From IMG/VR virus record IMGVR_UViG_3300042317_001568, positions 1 to 64,000 of that record: a stretch of 64,000 nt of DNA, one strand, 5' to 3'. The notes under the pieces are model-generated. The model saw only the letters and a program-made list of their open reading frames with translations. It was not told where the DNA came from and searched no databases. This document shows positions 52,474 through 63,093 of the stretch, piece by piece. Position numbers and translations under genes: made by a program. How positions within the stretch are numbered: position 1 is the first letter of the stretch; each line of letters opens with the position of its first letter.

Positions 52474-54384
52474 ATGCTGAAAACGACACTCGGGCAAATC
52501 ATGATCAACGACGCGCTACCGCAGGAGATGCGGGACTACAATCGCGTCATGGATAAGAAGACGCTGAGCTCGTTATCGACCGAGCTCGCCAAGAATTATC
52601 CCGAACAGTACCGCGAAGTTACCAAGAAGCTGTTCGATGTTGGGCGAGACGCCTCCTACTCAACAGGCGGTTTGACGTTCTCCCTGCGAGACATCAAACA
52701 AACGCTCGCCGGTCAGCGGGCTAAGCTGGAAGTGCGAAAGCAGCTTCGCGGCATTATGGCCACGCCGGGCTTGTCTGAAAAAGACCGCAACTTAAAAATC
52801 CTCCAGCTGGCGGCGAACACGCAAAACAAGCTGCTTGAAGAAGTTTTTAACGAGGCGCAAGATCAAGACAACCCGCTCGCGACCCAAGTCAAATCGGCTA
52901 TTCGCGGCAATAAGTACAGTCTTAGCTCACTTATTGGCGCCGACATGCTTTACGTCGACCACAAGGACGAGCCGATTCCGATCCCCGTTCTTAACAACTA
53001 TGGTAGGGGTCTTACACCCGCAGAATATTTCGCGGGCGCCTTCGGCGCCCGCAAGGGTCTAATTGACACGAAGACAGCCACGGCTGACGCCGGGTTCTAC
53101 GGCAAGCAATTGACGCAAATGGCGCACCGATTACTGGTGACGGCTGACGACGAAGACGACGACGCGCACAAGGACGCTTTAGAAGTCAGAGGGTTCCCAA
53201 CCGATGTCGATGACGCCGACAATGAGGGCGCGCTTCTTGCCCGCGGTGCGGGCCCCTATAAACGAAATACAGTGCTGACGCCAAAAATCCTAAAAGACCT
53301 GAAACAGATGGGCGTAAAGGACATCCTTGTTCGTAGTCCATTGGTCGGCGGCCCCGGCGATGGCGGCGTGTTCGGTAAGGACGTCGGCTACCGCGAAAAG
53401 GGCCGCATTCCTCCAATTGGCGACTATGTCGGTATTGCCGCCGCCCAAGCGTTAAGCGAGCCGGTGTCGCAGTCGCAATTGTCGTCAAAGCACTCCGGCG
53501 GTGTTGGTGGCGCGCGGGCCATTGGCGGCTTCAAAGCTATTAACGCGCTGGTGCAGGTTCCCAAAACTTATCCTGACGGCGCGACACACGCGCAGCGCGA
53601 CGGAGCGGTTCAAGAAGTACGCCCCGCGGCTCAGGGCGGCTTTTACGTGCGCGTTGACGGAGAAGATCATTACATCCGCGCCGATCAAAACGTGTCTGTC
53701 AAAAAGGGCGACCCGATCGAAGCCGGCGACGTGCTTTCGGACGGCATGCCCAACCCGTCTGAGGTCGTACGGCATAAAGGCGTCGGCGAGGGGCGTCGGT
53801 ACTTCGTGGGCGCCATGCGTGACGTGTTAAAAAATAGCGGCATTACACCGCACCGACGAAACATCGAACTGGTGGCCCGCGGGCTGATCAATCATGTGCG
53901 GTTAACTGACGAATACGGCAGTTACGCCCCAGATGACGTCGTGCCGTATTCGACGTTAGAGCGCGACTGGCAGCCGAGAGAAGGCGCTGTCTCTGGCGCG
54001 CCCTCTTCGTTAAAGGGGCATTACTTGGAAAAACCGGTGCTGCACTACTCGGTCGGCACAAAGATTGGTAAGGGCGTAATTGACAATATGAGCCGCTACG
54101 GAATTAACAACGTGCAGGCCCACAGAAACCCGCCGCCGTTCCAGCCAGAAATGGTCCGCGGCATGGCGAACATTTCCAACGACCCGGACTGGATGACGCG
54201 CATGCTTGGCTCCTACCAAGAACGCGGATTCTTAAACAGCGTGCACCGGGGACTAAAAAGCGACACAAGCGGCAGTAGTTATGTGCCGGCCCTTGCCCGC
54301 GGCGAACAATTCGGGCTTTCTGGCCCCACAAGCGGCTGGAATCCGGCAACAACTAGGATAGACAGCCAAAACACTGTAAATTAG
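52474..54384 (+). CDS. rpoC: Phage RNA polymerase beta' C-terminal part
   Basis: KTTLG, bridge helix GARKGLIDT..TADAG, trigger loop IAAAQALSEP...KHSGG, RRNIELVAR. Confidence 0.92.
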   Translation: MLKTTLGQIMINDALPQEMRDYNRVMDKKTLSSLSTELAKNYPEQYREVTKKLFDVGRDASYSTGGLTFSLRDIKQTLAGQRAKLEVRKQLRGIMATPGLSEKDRNLKILQLAANTQNKLLEEVFNEAQDQDNPLATQVKSAIRGNKYSLSSLIGADMLYVDHKDEPIPIPVLNNYGRGLTPAEYFAGAFGARKGLIDTKTATADAGFYGKQLTQMAHRLLVTADDEDDDAHKDALEVRGFPTDVDDADNEGALLARGAGPYKRNTVLTPKILKDLKQMGVKDILVRSPLVGGPGDGGVFGKDVGYREKGRIPPIGDYVGIAAAQALSEPVSQSQLSSKHSGGVGGARAIGGFKAINALVQVPKTYPDGATHAQRDGAVQEVRPAAQGGFYVRVDGEDHYIRADQNVSVKKGDPIEAGDVLSDGMPNPSEVVRHKGVGEGRRYFVGAMRDVLKNSGITPHRRNIELVARGLINHVRLTDEYGSYAPDDVVPYSTLERDWQPREGAVSGAPSSLKGHYLEKPVLHYSVGTKIGKGVIDNMSRYGINNVQAHRNPPPFQPEMVRGMANISNDPDWMTRMLGSYQERGFLNSVHRGLKSDTSGSSYVPALARGEQFGLSGPTSGWNPATTRIDSQNTVN

Positions 54385-54422
54385 AGTACCGAGTTTCGAC
54401 CAATTGCCGCATGGAGGTGGCT

Positions 54423-56792
54423 GTGTACAACAAACGAGAAAAAAAGGCGTCAGTGCCCCAACTGCTGAAAATTGTGCGTAGTTTTGACCGCACAAACACG
54501 AAAACAGCGGCGATCGGCGGTCACGGCGACGACACATCGTTCGAGCAGGCTTTTTCGAATCTGGCGCATGCTTATTTGCGCGATTCTGCGCCGAAACTCC
54601 TTGACCACGAGGTTGGTTTCCAGCTTCTTGACCGAAACCGCGAAAATACCAAAGCAGTCGGCGTTTTTGCGTTTAAAGTCGGCTCAAATTGGATGTACGC
54701 CCCGGTTTTCTTTTTAAATGGCGATCTTAAGGGTCACGAGCTGCTGTATCTGAAAAATCAGGACATGTTCGTGCCGCTCAAAGAAAACTGGATTAATTAT
54801 TTACTCAACCGCAAGCCGAGCATTCTGGGCAGCGGTATTCAACGAAATTTAACGTCTCTCGGCCAACGGCAGCCTGACTTTACACAGCTTTCCCGTTCGC
54901 CCGCAAAGTTTGGTTCCGCGCAACCGACGCTCAAGGAAATGATGGCGTCCGTTATGCCGACGTTTGCCCGCACGGCGACGATGAACACCAAAGAGGCATT
55001 TGAACAGCTTGGGAAGTCTCTCCATCTGGGCACGTTTTTAAAGCAAGCGCGACTCGAAACGGTCGAAATGCTTGTGAAGCTCTGTCAGCATGCTCCGCAA
55101 GTCGCGGAGGCTCTCGACGAGTTTCACGGGCTAAATATCGTTAAAGAAGCGATTGCCGAAATCAAGGAACGTGACCGGCTGAGCAAAATTAGCAGCGTGC
55201 TGACGAAAAAGGCCGAGAAGCCGGAAGCGCAGGGCACGTTGCAGGTCATCACGTACGACCTCACGGTGCAAAAGGCTTTACCGCCAGAATACACCGAAGA
55301 AGATCAAGAAAAACTGCTTCGGGACGGCGTGCTGATTAAAGACCAGCGGGACCGCGACGCTGTGTCCATTCCGTACAACATTCAAGTCTCGCAGAAGTTC
55401 TTCAACCCGACCGAAAGCGGTCTCTACGAAGTGTTAGTCAAGCCCGGTGAGATTGAGCGGTGCTACATCGCCGTCCACCCAATGGGTCCCAGCAAGCGCG
55501 CTGACTTTGCCACTGTAGTGCGCATTGACGGTAAACCGGACTGGCTGAATACGCGACCTGATCATATTTTTTGTTTAGCGCACGTCGAAGGCGACGAGTT
55601 CGATTCTTGGTACAACGCGCTCCCTGACGCCAACAGCGTTGGTAAGGATGCGCGGTACATGGTGCTTAACAAAAACGGAGATACGTCCGTACCGTTCCGC
55701 GTGCTCAAAGAGCACGGCGAAAATTCGTACGGGACGACGACCTATGAGGTCCACATGGAAGATCATTCAAAATTTCCTCCGCGTGGAAGCATTGGCCCGT
55801 GCTGCTACTCAGACCCGTTGAATTACGACAAGTACCGCGACGGGGTCCGCGTCCATCTGAACGGTAAGAAGGGCGCTGGCTTGCGTTCCAGCATGGGCGA
55901 CATTTTCGTTCCAGAGAGTTTCAAGCTGTTAAAAGTCAGCAAGGGCGAAGATGACGACGAATTAGACGGGCAAGATACCTGCGGCTGCGGCGAAAGCGAC
56001 CCGCCAGCCCTGCAGCCCGGCAACCTGCTTGATGTGCAGTCTGTGCTTATGAACAAGCTCGGCAGCCTTGAAGTCCGGCATAACGGCTCTGACGTCTGGA
56101 TTAACAACGAGCAATTTACAACAAAGAGCGCGCTGATCTCACTGGTAAAACAGCACGGCCTGCGCGAGGCAGCCGCCCGCGAGATTCTTAGCAAAGCAGC
56201 CGCACAGCGTAAATTCGCGTGCCACGTCAAATATGCCGACCCGTACGGCGGCCCGATGATGATTCACGGCGCCCCGACTGCTCCGGCTGATCCGGGACCG
56301 GTTATGGGCGGCGAAAGCATTATGGGGACGAACATTCCAACGCAGCTTGGCATTGACGTTGGCGTTCCGGTGCCGGGCATGAGCGCGACCCAAACAGACC
56401 GCAGCGTTTACAACCCCAACACCCAGTTCGACCAAAAGGCCGTGCAGCAGGTACTCGACGCCGCCCAGTCTGGTCAGCGTGAAGTGTTTGATACGGCCAT
56501 GATCGGCACCATGTTGCGCGCCGTCCGAGACGACGGCCTTGTCGACCGGTACATGGGCGACCTGACAAAGGGTCTGGATAAGATCGGCCGTATTTTGTTT
56601 ATGTTTTACTGGCACGGTGACCGCTTTGCCGATCGTTACGGTAAGTCGGACATGCCCGAACTAGAAGACTCGTTGCGCAATGCTTTTGAAATGCTCGGCG
56701 ACGTTATTCTGTTCTTGAAGCAAAAAACAATCGAGCCGTACCCCGAAGAGTCATCGCAGGACGTCGACTTGAACGCGCCTGCTAACGTATAG
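54423..56792 (+). CDS. Large putative virion/head-morphogenesis protein
   Basis: GTG start after GGAGG; located in the head module; function not assigned. Confidence 0.75.
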   Translation: MYNKREKKASVPQLLKIVRSFDRTNTKTAAIGGHGDDTSFEQAFSNLAHAYLRDSAPKLLDHEVGFQLLDRNRENTKAVGVFAFKVGSNWMYAPVFFLNGDLKGHELLYLKNQDMFVPLKENWINYLLNRKPSILGSGIQRNLTSLGQRQPDFTQLSRSPAKFGSAQPTLKEMMASVMPTFARTATMNTKEAFEQLGKSLHLGTFLKQARLETVEMLVKLCQHAPQVAEALDEFHGLNIVKEAIAEIKERDRLSKISSVLTKKAEKPEAQGTLQVITYDLTVQKALPPEYTEEDQEKLLRDGVLIKDQRDRDAVSIPYNIQVSQKFFNPTESGLYEVLVKPGEIERCYIAVHPMGPSKRADFATVVRIDGKPDWLNTRPDHIFCLAHVEGDEFDSWYNALPDANSVGKDARYMVLNKNGDTSVPFRVLKEHGENSYGTTTYEVHMEDHSKFPPRGSIGPCCYSDPLNYDKYRDGVRVHLNGKKGAGLRSSMGDIFVPESFKLLKVSKGEDDDELDGQDTCGCGESDPPALQPGNLLDVQSVLMNKLGSLEVRHNGSDVWINNEQFTTKSALISLVKQHGLREAAAREILSKAAAQRKFACHVKYADPYGGPMMIHGAPTAPADPGPVMGGESIMGTNIPTQLGIDVGVPVPGMSATQTDRSVYNPNTQFDQKAVQQVLDAAQSGQREVFDTAMIGTMLRAVRDDGLVDRYMGDLTKGLDKIGRILFMFYWHGDRFADRYGKSDMPELEDSLRNAFEMLGDVILFLKQKTIEPYPEESSQDVDLNAPANV

Positions 56793-56801
56793 AGGTAAAC
56801 T

Positions 56802-57200
56802 ATGCCCGCTACCGTATGGTCCAACGCGCAAAGCTTCTCCGTTAACTCCGGCGCCGCCACCGTCGTGCCGATTCGCGTGCCGTATCGCGGCGTCTTGCGC
56901 GGTTACAGCTTAATTCAAACCAGCGGCACAAATGCCGGGGCGACAGCCAAACTATTGTCGAGCAACCGGGAAAAAGCGCCGAATAGCACATATCCCGAGG
57001 ATTCGTTTATTGTCACGACAATGACCGTCGCGGCCAGCAGCGCTTCAACATCGCAAGAAAGTTTGAACATCGCCTATCAAAACCGCGACGGCGATCCCAG
57101 CAACGGAAAGCGGTTCCTGTATCTAAAAATTACGCCGGCTGGTTCTGGCAGCAAAGATTTTACGCTCACGGTCACAATTGAAACACCGCGGCTAAACTAA
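56802..57200 (+). CDS. Beta-rich putative structural protein
   Basis: GAGG RBS; Ser/Thr/Gly-rich beta pattern. Confidence 0.7.
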   Translation: MPATVWSNAQSFSVNSGAATVVPIRVPYRGVLRGYSLIQTSGTNAGATAKLLSSNREKAPNSTYPEDSFIVTTMTVAASSASTSQESLNIAYQNRDGDPSNGKRFLYLKITPAGSGSKDFTLTVTIETPRLN

Positions 57201-58144
57201 TGACTCAGGCGCTGTGCGACAATCTAAAGCGCGCGCCAAGCTGGCGGTGGTTGCGCGCCATGGAAATTGACGGCGGTGGCTTCAAGGCCACGAAGGCGCT
57301 CGACGGGTCTGACGGCTTTCGGTGGATTCGACGCTCGTTGCGGTTTAAGCGACGTTTTGACGCGGCGGGCAATCAAACCCCCGCTATTTACGCCGTGGTG
57401 TTGGCGGACAGGCCACTATTCTGGGCGCACTCTATCTGGGCTGACGAGAAAAGCCCCGTTCGTTGGGCGATCGAAGCCCGCATCCTTGCCGGCGAGTCTG
57501 ACGAAGCAATCGCCGAGAAGCTGGGGACAAAAGCCGACGTTATCGATGTTTACGCTAATACGTTCTTTGACGTTCGGAGCAAGTTGCAGAACATGGATTA
57601 CGTGCTGACGGTCGTATTAGCCGACGCTGTCACACGCGGATTACAAGAACGGCACTACGACCTATTGTGGAAAATGCTGGGATATTGCGGCGGCGCTCAC
57701 GTGCTGGACGCTACGATCAGCCGGTTCACAAAAATGGTTAAACCGGATAGCCCCGAACAAGTTTCCACGTTTTTCCAAGAATTTGCCGTTAATACCATGA
57801 AATACAAGGCCGCGCTGTCTGCCATGACGGTTCCGGTCAACACGCACACACAATTGCCTTTAATCGACTCTTTTGTAAAATATGTAGAGATCGAGCGTAC
57901 AACCGAAAATGCAGTAAAGGCACAATCGTCTATCGTCGAAAACATTGGGGAAATGCTAAAATCGCTTACGTTCACAGTCGGCACCAAACTAGAAGCAAAT
58001 CCGATCAAAGTGTTGCCGTATGACGATCAGGCTGCGGAATTAAGAAGTGACGAGCTGCTATCTGCGGCAGTCGGCGGTGTGGTTTTAAATGGCGCCGACA
58101 TTCAAAAATTAAACTTCCCGGAGAAGGACAATGCAGGCACTTAA
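57200..58144 (+). CDS. Hypothetical protein
   Basis: TAATG coupling. Confidence 0.75.
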   Translation: MTQALCDNLKRAPSWRWLRAMEIDGGGFKATKALDGSDGFRWIRRSLRFKRRFDAAGNQTPAIYAVVLADRPLFWAHSIWADEKSPVRWAIEARILAGESDEAIAEKLGTKADVIDVYANTFFDVRSKLQNMDYVLTVVLADAVTRGLQERHYDLLWKMLGYCGGAHVLDATISRFTKMVKPDSPEQVSTFFQEFAVNTMKYKAALSAMTVPVNTHTQLPLIDSFVKYVEIERTTENAVKAQSSIVENIGEMLKSLTFTVGTKLEANPIKVLPYDDQAAELRSDELLSAAVGGVVLNGADIQKLNFPEKDNAGT

Positions 58145-59690
58145 CAAACAAGCGGAGGCGAAGCTCATCAGCGCGATTGAACGCGCGGCTACATTCGCCA
58201 ACGAGGGCATGAGTCCTAACGACGCGATCATCAAAAGTGCCGGCGAGGCCAACGTGCCTGCCGGGCATATTAACTTGATGGTGCACGCGTACAACACGGG
58301 TCGTACGACAAAACAACGAGAAGCTGGCGAAGACACGCTGCAGAAGGCGGCCGACTTTCAATTAGCAGACGCCGACGTTGTATTAAAAGCGCTTTACCCT
58401 GAAACGGTAAAGACTTCCGCGGAAATATCGCAAAACTCGATAGTGTCGGCAGAGTATGCTGTGTCCCCCGTCGGCATGCTCCAGCGCCGGCAGGCCGAGA
58501 TGCGCAAAGCCGCGGCTGCCAAGGTAGCGCTTCCTGAAAAGACATACGTACCGCCTCCCCGCGACGAGCACGCGGCTGCCATGCGTTCGCAGAGCGAAAA
58601 GGTAGCCGCGCAGCGTGCTGCCGACGAAAAACGCCGCTTAGCTTTTATTGCGTATAACGAAGCCGCGGCTGACATGGCGAAGCTTGCCGAGTATTTCCGT
58701 CGGCCGGGCAACATGCCGTTTCAAGACGCCCTGCGCGAGGTCGGGCTGCGCTTCGGTGACAGCGGCGTGGCTGTGTTGAACAAGGTCGCCGAGGTGTACC
58801 CGCACTTCGCGAAACAAGCCAGCGCAAAAGCCAACTACTTCGGTAACGACGATGTTTACGGCCTTGTTACAAAGGTCGTAAACGGCATTGAGCGGTACAA
58901 CGATTTAAAAAGCGCTGTGCCGGAACTGAACACAAAGGTAGCGCAAAAAAAAAATCTTGAGCCCGCCCAAATTGTGACCGGGTCGGTGCTCAACGCGCTG
59001 CAGCAAAAGCCGTTGCAGCTTAAAACCGCGTACAACCCGCGTGGTGCCGGGGCGTGGAACAACGCTGGACCGCAAGACCCAGATGAAGCCGCCGCTGTAA
59101 TGGGCGCTTTAGGAATTGGCGGTGACGAGCCGCCACCTCCGCCTCCTAACGATATGCCGCGGTACGTGCCGGACTGGAATAACACAGTCAGGCGAGAAAG
59201 AGACTACGGCGACTTCCGCCTTAACAACGTTTATTCTCGCGGCGACGACTCAGTGCTGAGCTCTATCGGCGGCATGCTCGCCGGCCCGCAGCAAGCCGCG
59301 ATGGGCGCTATCGGCAAAGAGCTTTTTGATCCGGCAAAAAAAGAAAAAATGAAGCGGCAAGAGTACGAGAAGCTGACTTCACCCGACCACGAAACGGCGC
59401 TGAAAAATATCAAGGCTCAGGCCACGCTTCACGACTTGTTGTTAAATGACGACGTCGTTTCCGGGCATGATCCGAAAGAGGTCGCCGTGGCGTTTAATGA
59501 AATTGCTAACGCCGCTCCCGGCGTCGTTGACTCGCCCGCTGTGCTGCAGGCCCTCCTGCGGAAGCGATTAGAGTCTGGCCAGCTGGCTGACTTCGACGTC
59601 AAGCAACTGCTGGAAATGGACAAGCTCAAGGCCGAGCGCGACAAGCTGCGAACCGAAACCATGGAAAAGGAGCGCAACCTCGTTGCGTAA
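58131..59690 (+). CDS. Putative head-associated helical protein
   Basis: GAAGGA RBS; multiple K-x-A motifs. Confidence 0.7.
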   Translation: MQALNKQAEAKLISAIERAATFANEGMSPNDAIIKSAGEANVPAGHINLMVHAYNTGRTTKQREAGEDTLQKAADFQLADADVVLKALYPETVKTSAEISQNSIVSAEYAVSPVGMLQRRQAEMRKAAAAKVALPEKTYVPPPRDEHAAAMRSQSEKVAAQRAADEKRRLAFIAYNEAAADMAKLAEYFRRPGNMPFQDALREVGLRFGDSGVAVLNKVAEVYPHFAKQASAKANYFGNDDVYGLVTKVVNGIERYNDLKSAVPELNTKVAQKKNLEPAQIVTGSVLNALQQKPLQLKTAYNPRGAGAWNNAGPQDPDEAAAVMGALGIGGDEPPPPPPNDMPRYVPDWNNTVRRERDYGDFRLNNVYSRGDDSVLSSIGGMLAGPQQAAMGAIGKELFDPAKKEKMKRQEYEKLTSPDHETALKNIKAQATLHDLLLNDDVVSGHDPKEVAVAFNEIANAAPGVVDSPAVLQALLRKRLESGQLADFDVKQLLEMDKLKAERDKLRTETMEKERNLVA

Positions 59691-59702
59691 TGAAGTGCCG
59701 CT

Positions 59703-61181
59703 ATGAGCATGATTAAAGTAATTCAGCCGCACGCACAAAACTTTAGCGAGCCCGTAGCCGCGCTCATCAAAGTATCTAGCCGCGGAATAATCGGGTCTGA
59801 TCGGTCAGCGCTGATTAAACGTGCCGGCGCTGAGTTCGTAGATCATTTGGCCAACATCAAGTTTGCCGCGGATGAGGTGCCTGTGCATCTTATCGCCATC
59901 GGCGCCACCGAGGATTACGGCCCGAACCGCAACGGAGACGGTTTCACGCGTGACTGCTGCAAGAAGTATCACCACACGTTTGAAAAGTTTGCGCGGTTCT
60001 ATCGGGATCACGCCAACAAGAATCCGGCAAAAAGCTACGGGCTTGTAAAGGCGTCGTTTTACAACGAACCAATGCGCCGAATCGAACTGGTATGCGCTTT
60101 AAATAGCACCAAAGAAGCAGCAGAGCGTAACGGCGGTTTAGTGGCCGACAAAGAACTAGAGAAGCTGTCGAACGACCAAGAGATTCCAGTTTCGATGGCG
60201 TGCAAAATTCCATTCGACAAGTGTTCGTCGTGCGGCAACATGGCCCGCACCCGCGCCGAGTACTGCGACTCGATTGAGAATGGCGGTCACTGCAAAGCTG
60301 GCGGTTTGAAACACAACATCGGTCGGGTAATGTCTGACGGTCACATCCTGCACGCCGACAACCCTGACCCTTCGTTCTTTGATATTTCGCATGTGTTTCG
60401 TCCGGCTGACCGCATCGCGTACGTTTCCGGACAACTGCAAAAAGCTGCCTCAAGTGCCGGCTGTATGTCTGGCGCAGAGTTAGCTGAGCAAATGGGTGTA
60501 ACGCTCCCCGTATCGCTCTTAACCAACGAATTTACTAGTAAGCGGGCGCAGGCGCAGTTACAGGCTTTACAGTTACTCGCTGACACGGAGCGCACCCTGA
60601 ACCTGCGTGATCTTACGAAAGCGGCCGCGTACACCCCAACCGGTCTCTCCGCAGCCATTCAGCAGCCGATTGATTTTGAAAGCGCCCCGATTGTCGGCTC
60701 CGTTAAGCTTGCAGAGTTGCTGCGCGGCTTGGCTGACGCGGCGGTTGTCTTACCCGTGCGCGACTTCTTGATGTTAACAATTAAACAAGCTGATTTTGGG
60801 CTCGTGAACGCGGTATCATCTGCGACAATTAGCATTTTTGACCGGCTGTTGAACGAGCCAAATATTGCATCTACACTTGAAAATAACGTATACTTTCCGG
60901 CAGACGCAGCTCCGCCGGCCGTGCGTTTATGGGCCGAAAAAGTGGCGTGCACTTACAGCGTACTAGAAGATCGTATGCAAAAACAGGCTTATACAGCGGC
61001 ATTGCGCGGTGCAACGCCGCGTCATCTTGTAGAGAAGACTGCATCGGCAACGCCAGCGATAAATGCTCTTGCAAAGCACTACGCTCTCTATAAGATTGCT
61101 GCATTAACGGCAGTCACTGAGAAATATGGAAATAACTTGTTGACAGTAGGCCACTGCATACTGCAAAATTACATTACTTGA
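59703..61181 (+). CDS. Prohead (maturation) protease-like protein
   Basis: GPNRNGDGF, RDH (His), VSMAC (Ser), FFDIS-x-V-x-x-PAD; position upstream of the scaffold and capsid genes. Confidence 0.7.
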   Translation: MSMIKVIQPHAQNFSEPVAALIKVSSRGIIGSDRSALIKRAGAEFVDHLANIKFAADEVPVHLIAIGATEDYGPNRNGDGFTRDCCKKYHHTFEKFARFYRDHANKNPAKSYGLVKASFYNEPMRRIELVCALNSTKEAAERNGGLVADKELEKLSNDQEIPVSMACKIPFDKCSSCGNMARTRAEYCDSIENGGHCKAGGLKHNIGRVMSDGHILHADNPDPSFFDISHVFRPADRIAYVSGQLQKAASSAGCMSGAELAEQMGVTLPVSLLTNEFTSKRAQAQLQALQLLADTERTLNLRDLTKAAAYTPTGLSAAIQQPIDFESAPIVGSVKLAELLRGLADAAVVLPVRDFLMLTIKQADFGLVNAVSSATISIFDRLLNEPNIASTLENNVYFPADAAPPAVRLWAEKVACTYSVLEDRMQKQAYTAALRGATPRHLVEKTASATPAINALAKHYALYKIAALTAVTEKYGNNLLTVGHCILQNYIT

Positions 61182-61227
61182 ACCGAAGCTGGTCACATGA
61201 CGTGACCCAGTCTTTAAGGAGAAAAAC

Positions 61228-62613
61228 ATGGCACGGATGCAACGTTCTCTTTTTGCTCAGTTAAACGCGTTAGCGGAAGAAATTTCGCAGGGCGCCGTCA
61301 AGGCCGCGTCGGAAAAGTCGGCTGGCCCCGTTCCTTCCGATCCGGGTGGGTATCAGGGCGCTTCGAGCCACCCCACAACGAGCATTGATAACAACGTACG
61401 AGACGCTGCGACCGGTGCGCGAGCTTCTGAGTATGAGGCTGACATCAAGAAGCAGCAGGGCCCCCTTTCAGTCGACAACGCTCCTGAGATGTCTCAAGAA
61501 GGTCGGCAGGACGAGGTTCAACTTAACATCAATACAAAGGCCACGGCTGTCGGTGAAGACCCGTCGGTTGAAAAGGATTACAAGGGCGACAAGGACGACC
61601 CGGGCACAGCTCACCCCGCCAAGACAAACGACGGCGAGAAGTACAGCTCGGTAACTTTCAAGACTGCGCGCGAAGCTTGCGGCAATCTTGGAAACGATAT
61701 CCTCGCTAACCTGATCAATTTCGGCACTGCCCGTCTTAACGCCGAGAAGGCCGCTGAAATGCCGGCCTTCATTCAGGCGAAAATGGACGAAAAAAAAGAG
61801 TCGCCCGCTAAAGAAAAAGCCGAGCACGGCAAACTGAAGGGCGACCAGCACAAGCTCGACGTCGACAACGACGGCAAGATTGAGGGTTCGGACCTCGCTT
61901 CGCTGCGCGGAGACAAAGAAGCCGCTTATAGCGCCGGTTATGAGCTGGCAGCACATCTTGGCGTAGAAAAAGAGGCTGCTGAAGCCGCCGTTCGCGAGGT
62001 GTGTGCAAACACGCTGCGCGAAGCCGACGAGATGGCCGACCTGCTCATTGGATTTTTAACAACCAAGCGTGCGAATGACGACGCGCTTGGTGATGCGTCT
62101 GAAGGCGAAGATCACGACACCGCTGGTGACGAAGACTCCGGCGCTGGCGATGCCCCTATGATGGGCGGCGCTGACGAATCCGCTGCGCTTGCCGGAGCCG
62201 AAGGTGACCCTGCCGCCGGTGGCGACATGGGCGGCATGATGGACGGCGGCATGGGCGGAGAACCGTCTGAAGACGAAGCTGTTCAAGAACTGGCGATGGC
62301 TTTAGAAGAACTCGGCATTCCGCCGGAAGCACTTCTTGAAGCTGTTCAATCTGGCGCTCTCGGCGGAGACGCCGGCGGTGCTGGTGGAATGCCCCCAGCC
62401 GGCGGCGAAATTCCTGCTGAAGCTGCTGCGCCCGGTATGGACGCTGCGCCGAAGATGGCTGCCGACCGCGCGCAAGCCCTAACTGAAGTTGGCTCTGCTG
62501 TAATCAACTTCAAGCGCTCTGGCAAGTTTCAAATCAAAGAAGCTCGTACAAAGCGTTCCCGCCAGTTGCGTGATATAATGAAGCAGCATGTAATCGAACT
62601 GGTAAACCGATAA
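61228..62613 (+). CDS. Acidic scaffold/inner-core-like protein
   Basis: AAGGAG RBS; acidic, Gly/Ala-rich; follows the protease. Confidence 0.6.
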   Translation: MARMQRSLFAQLNALAEEISQGAVKAASEKSAGPVPSDPGGYQGASSHPTTSIDNNVRDAATGARASEYEADIKKQQGPLSVDNAPEMSQEGRQDEVQLNINTKATAVGEDPSVEKDYKGDKDDPGTAHPAKTNDGEKYSSVTFKTAREACGNLGNDILANLINFGTARLNAEKAAEMPAFIQAKMDEKKESPAKEKAEHGKLKGDQHKLDVDNDGKIEGSDLASLRGDKEAAYSAGYELAAHLGVEKEAAEAAVREVCANTLREADEMADLLIGFLTTKRANDDALGDASEGEDHDTAGDEDSGAGDAPMMGGADESAALAGAEGDPAAGGDMGGMMDGGMGGEPSEDEAVQELAMALEELGIPPEALLEAVQSGALGGDAGGAGGMPPAGGEIPAEAAAPGMDAAPKMAADRAQALTEVGSAVINFKRSGKFQIKEARTKRSRQLRDIMKQHVIELVNR

Positions 62614-62627
62614 TTACGGAGGTTTTA

Positions 62628-63059
62628 ATGTCCGCTAACAACACAAATACACTTGTGCAAAAAATCATCGATTACATTGGTTATTCCGATGCCGCGATGA
62701 CAAAGGCTGCCGCATCGCTGCAGGTCCAAGAAACACAGGCGACAAAGATTGCCTCGCTGATTCCGACCGCCGTGAAGGCGTGCGTTGAAAATGAACGGAT
62801 CGAACCGCATCAAAAAGAAGCGCTTGAACAAGCCCTTCGCGACCCAGTAGCGACCATGGAGCTTGTTGTAAAACTTGCTTCGCATCGCAACTCCGCCGAA
62901 CTCGGCCGCCTCGGCCAGCCGGTTGGTCAGCAAAAGTCTGCGTCGTACGATCCGAACACAAGTCTGACGAACGGGTACGTGGGTGCCCGTGACGGCCGCG
63001 TAAAGGCGTCCGACGTGAAGTTGTTCACGGGTCTCGGTCTGAATCCGCCCACCACCTGA
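62628..63059 (+). CDS. Putative head/scaffold-associated protein
   Basis: GGAGG RBS. Confidence 0.65.
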   Translation: MSANNTNTLVQKIIDYIGYSDAAMTKAAASLQVQETQATKIASLIPTAVKACVENERIEPHQKEALEQALRDPVATMELVVKLASHRNSAELGRLGQPVGQQKSASYDPNTSLTNGYVGARDGRVKASDVKLFTGLGLNPPTT

Positions 63060-63093
63060 TCCTTAAAAACTACTTAGACATGGAGGTCTAACA

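Noticed and set aside
54423-59690. Assigning portal or terminase to the large head-module ORFs
   Set aside because: No Walker A/B plus nuclease motifs or portal signature could be recognised by eye; HHpred or structure prediction is needed.
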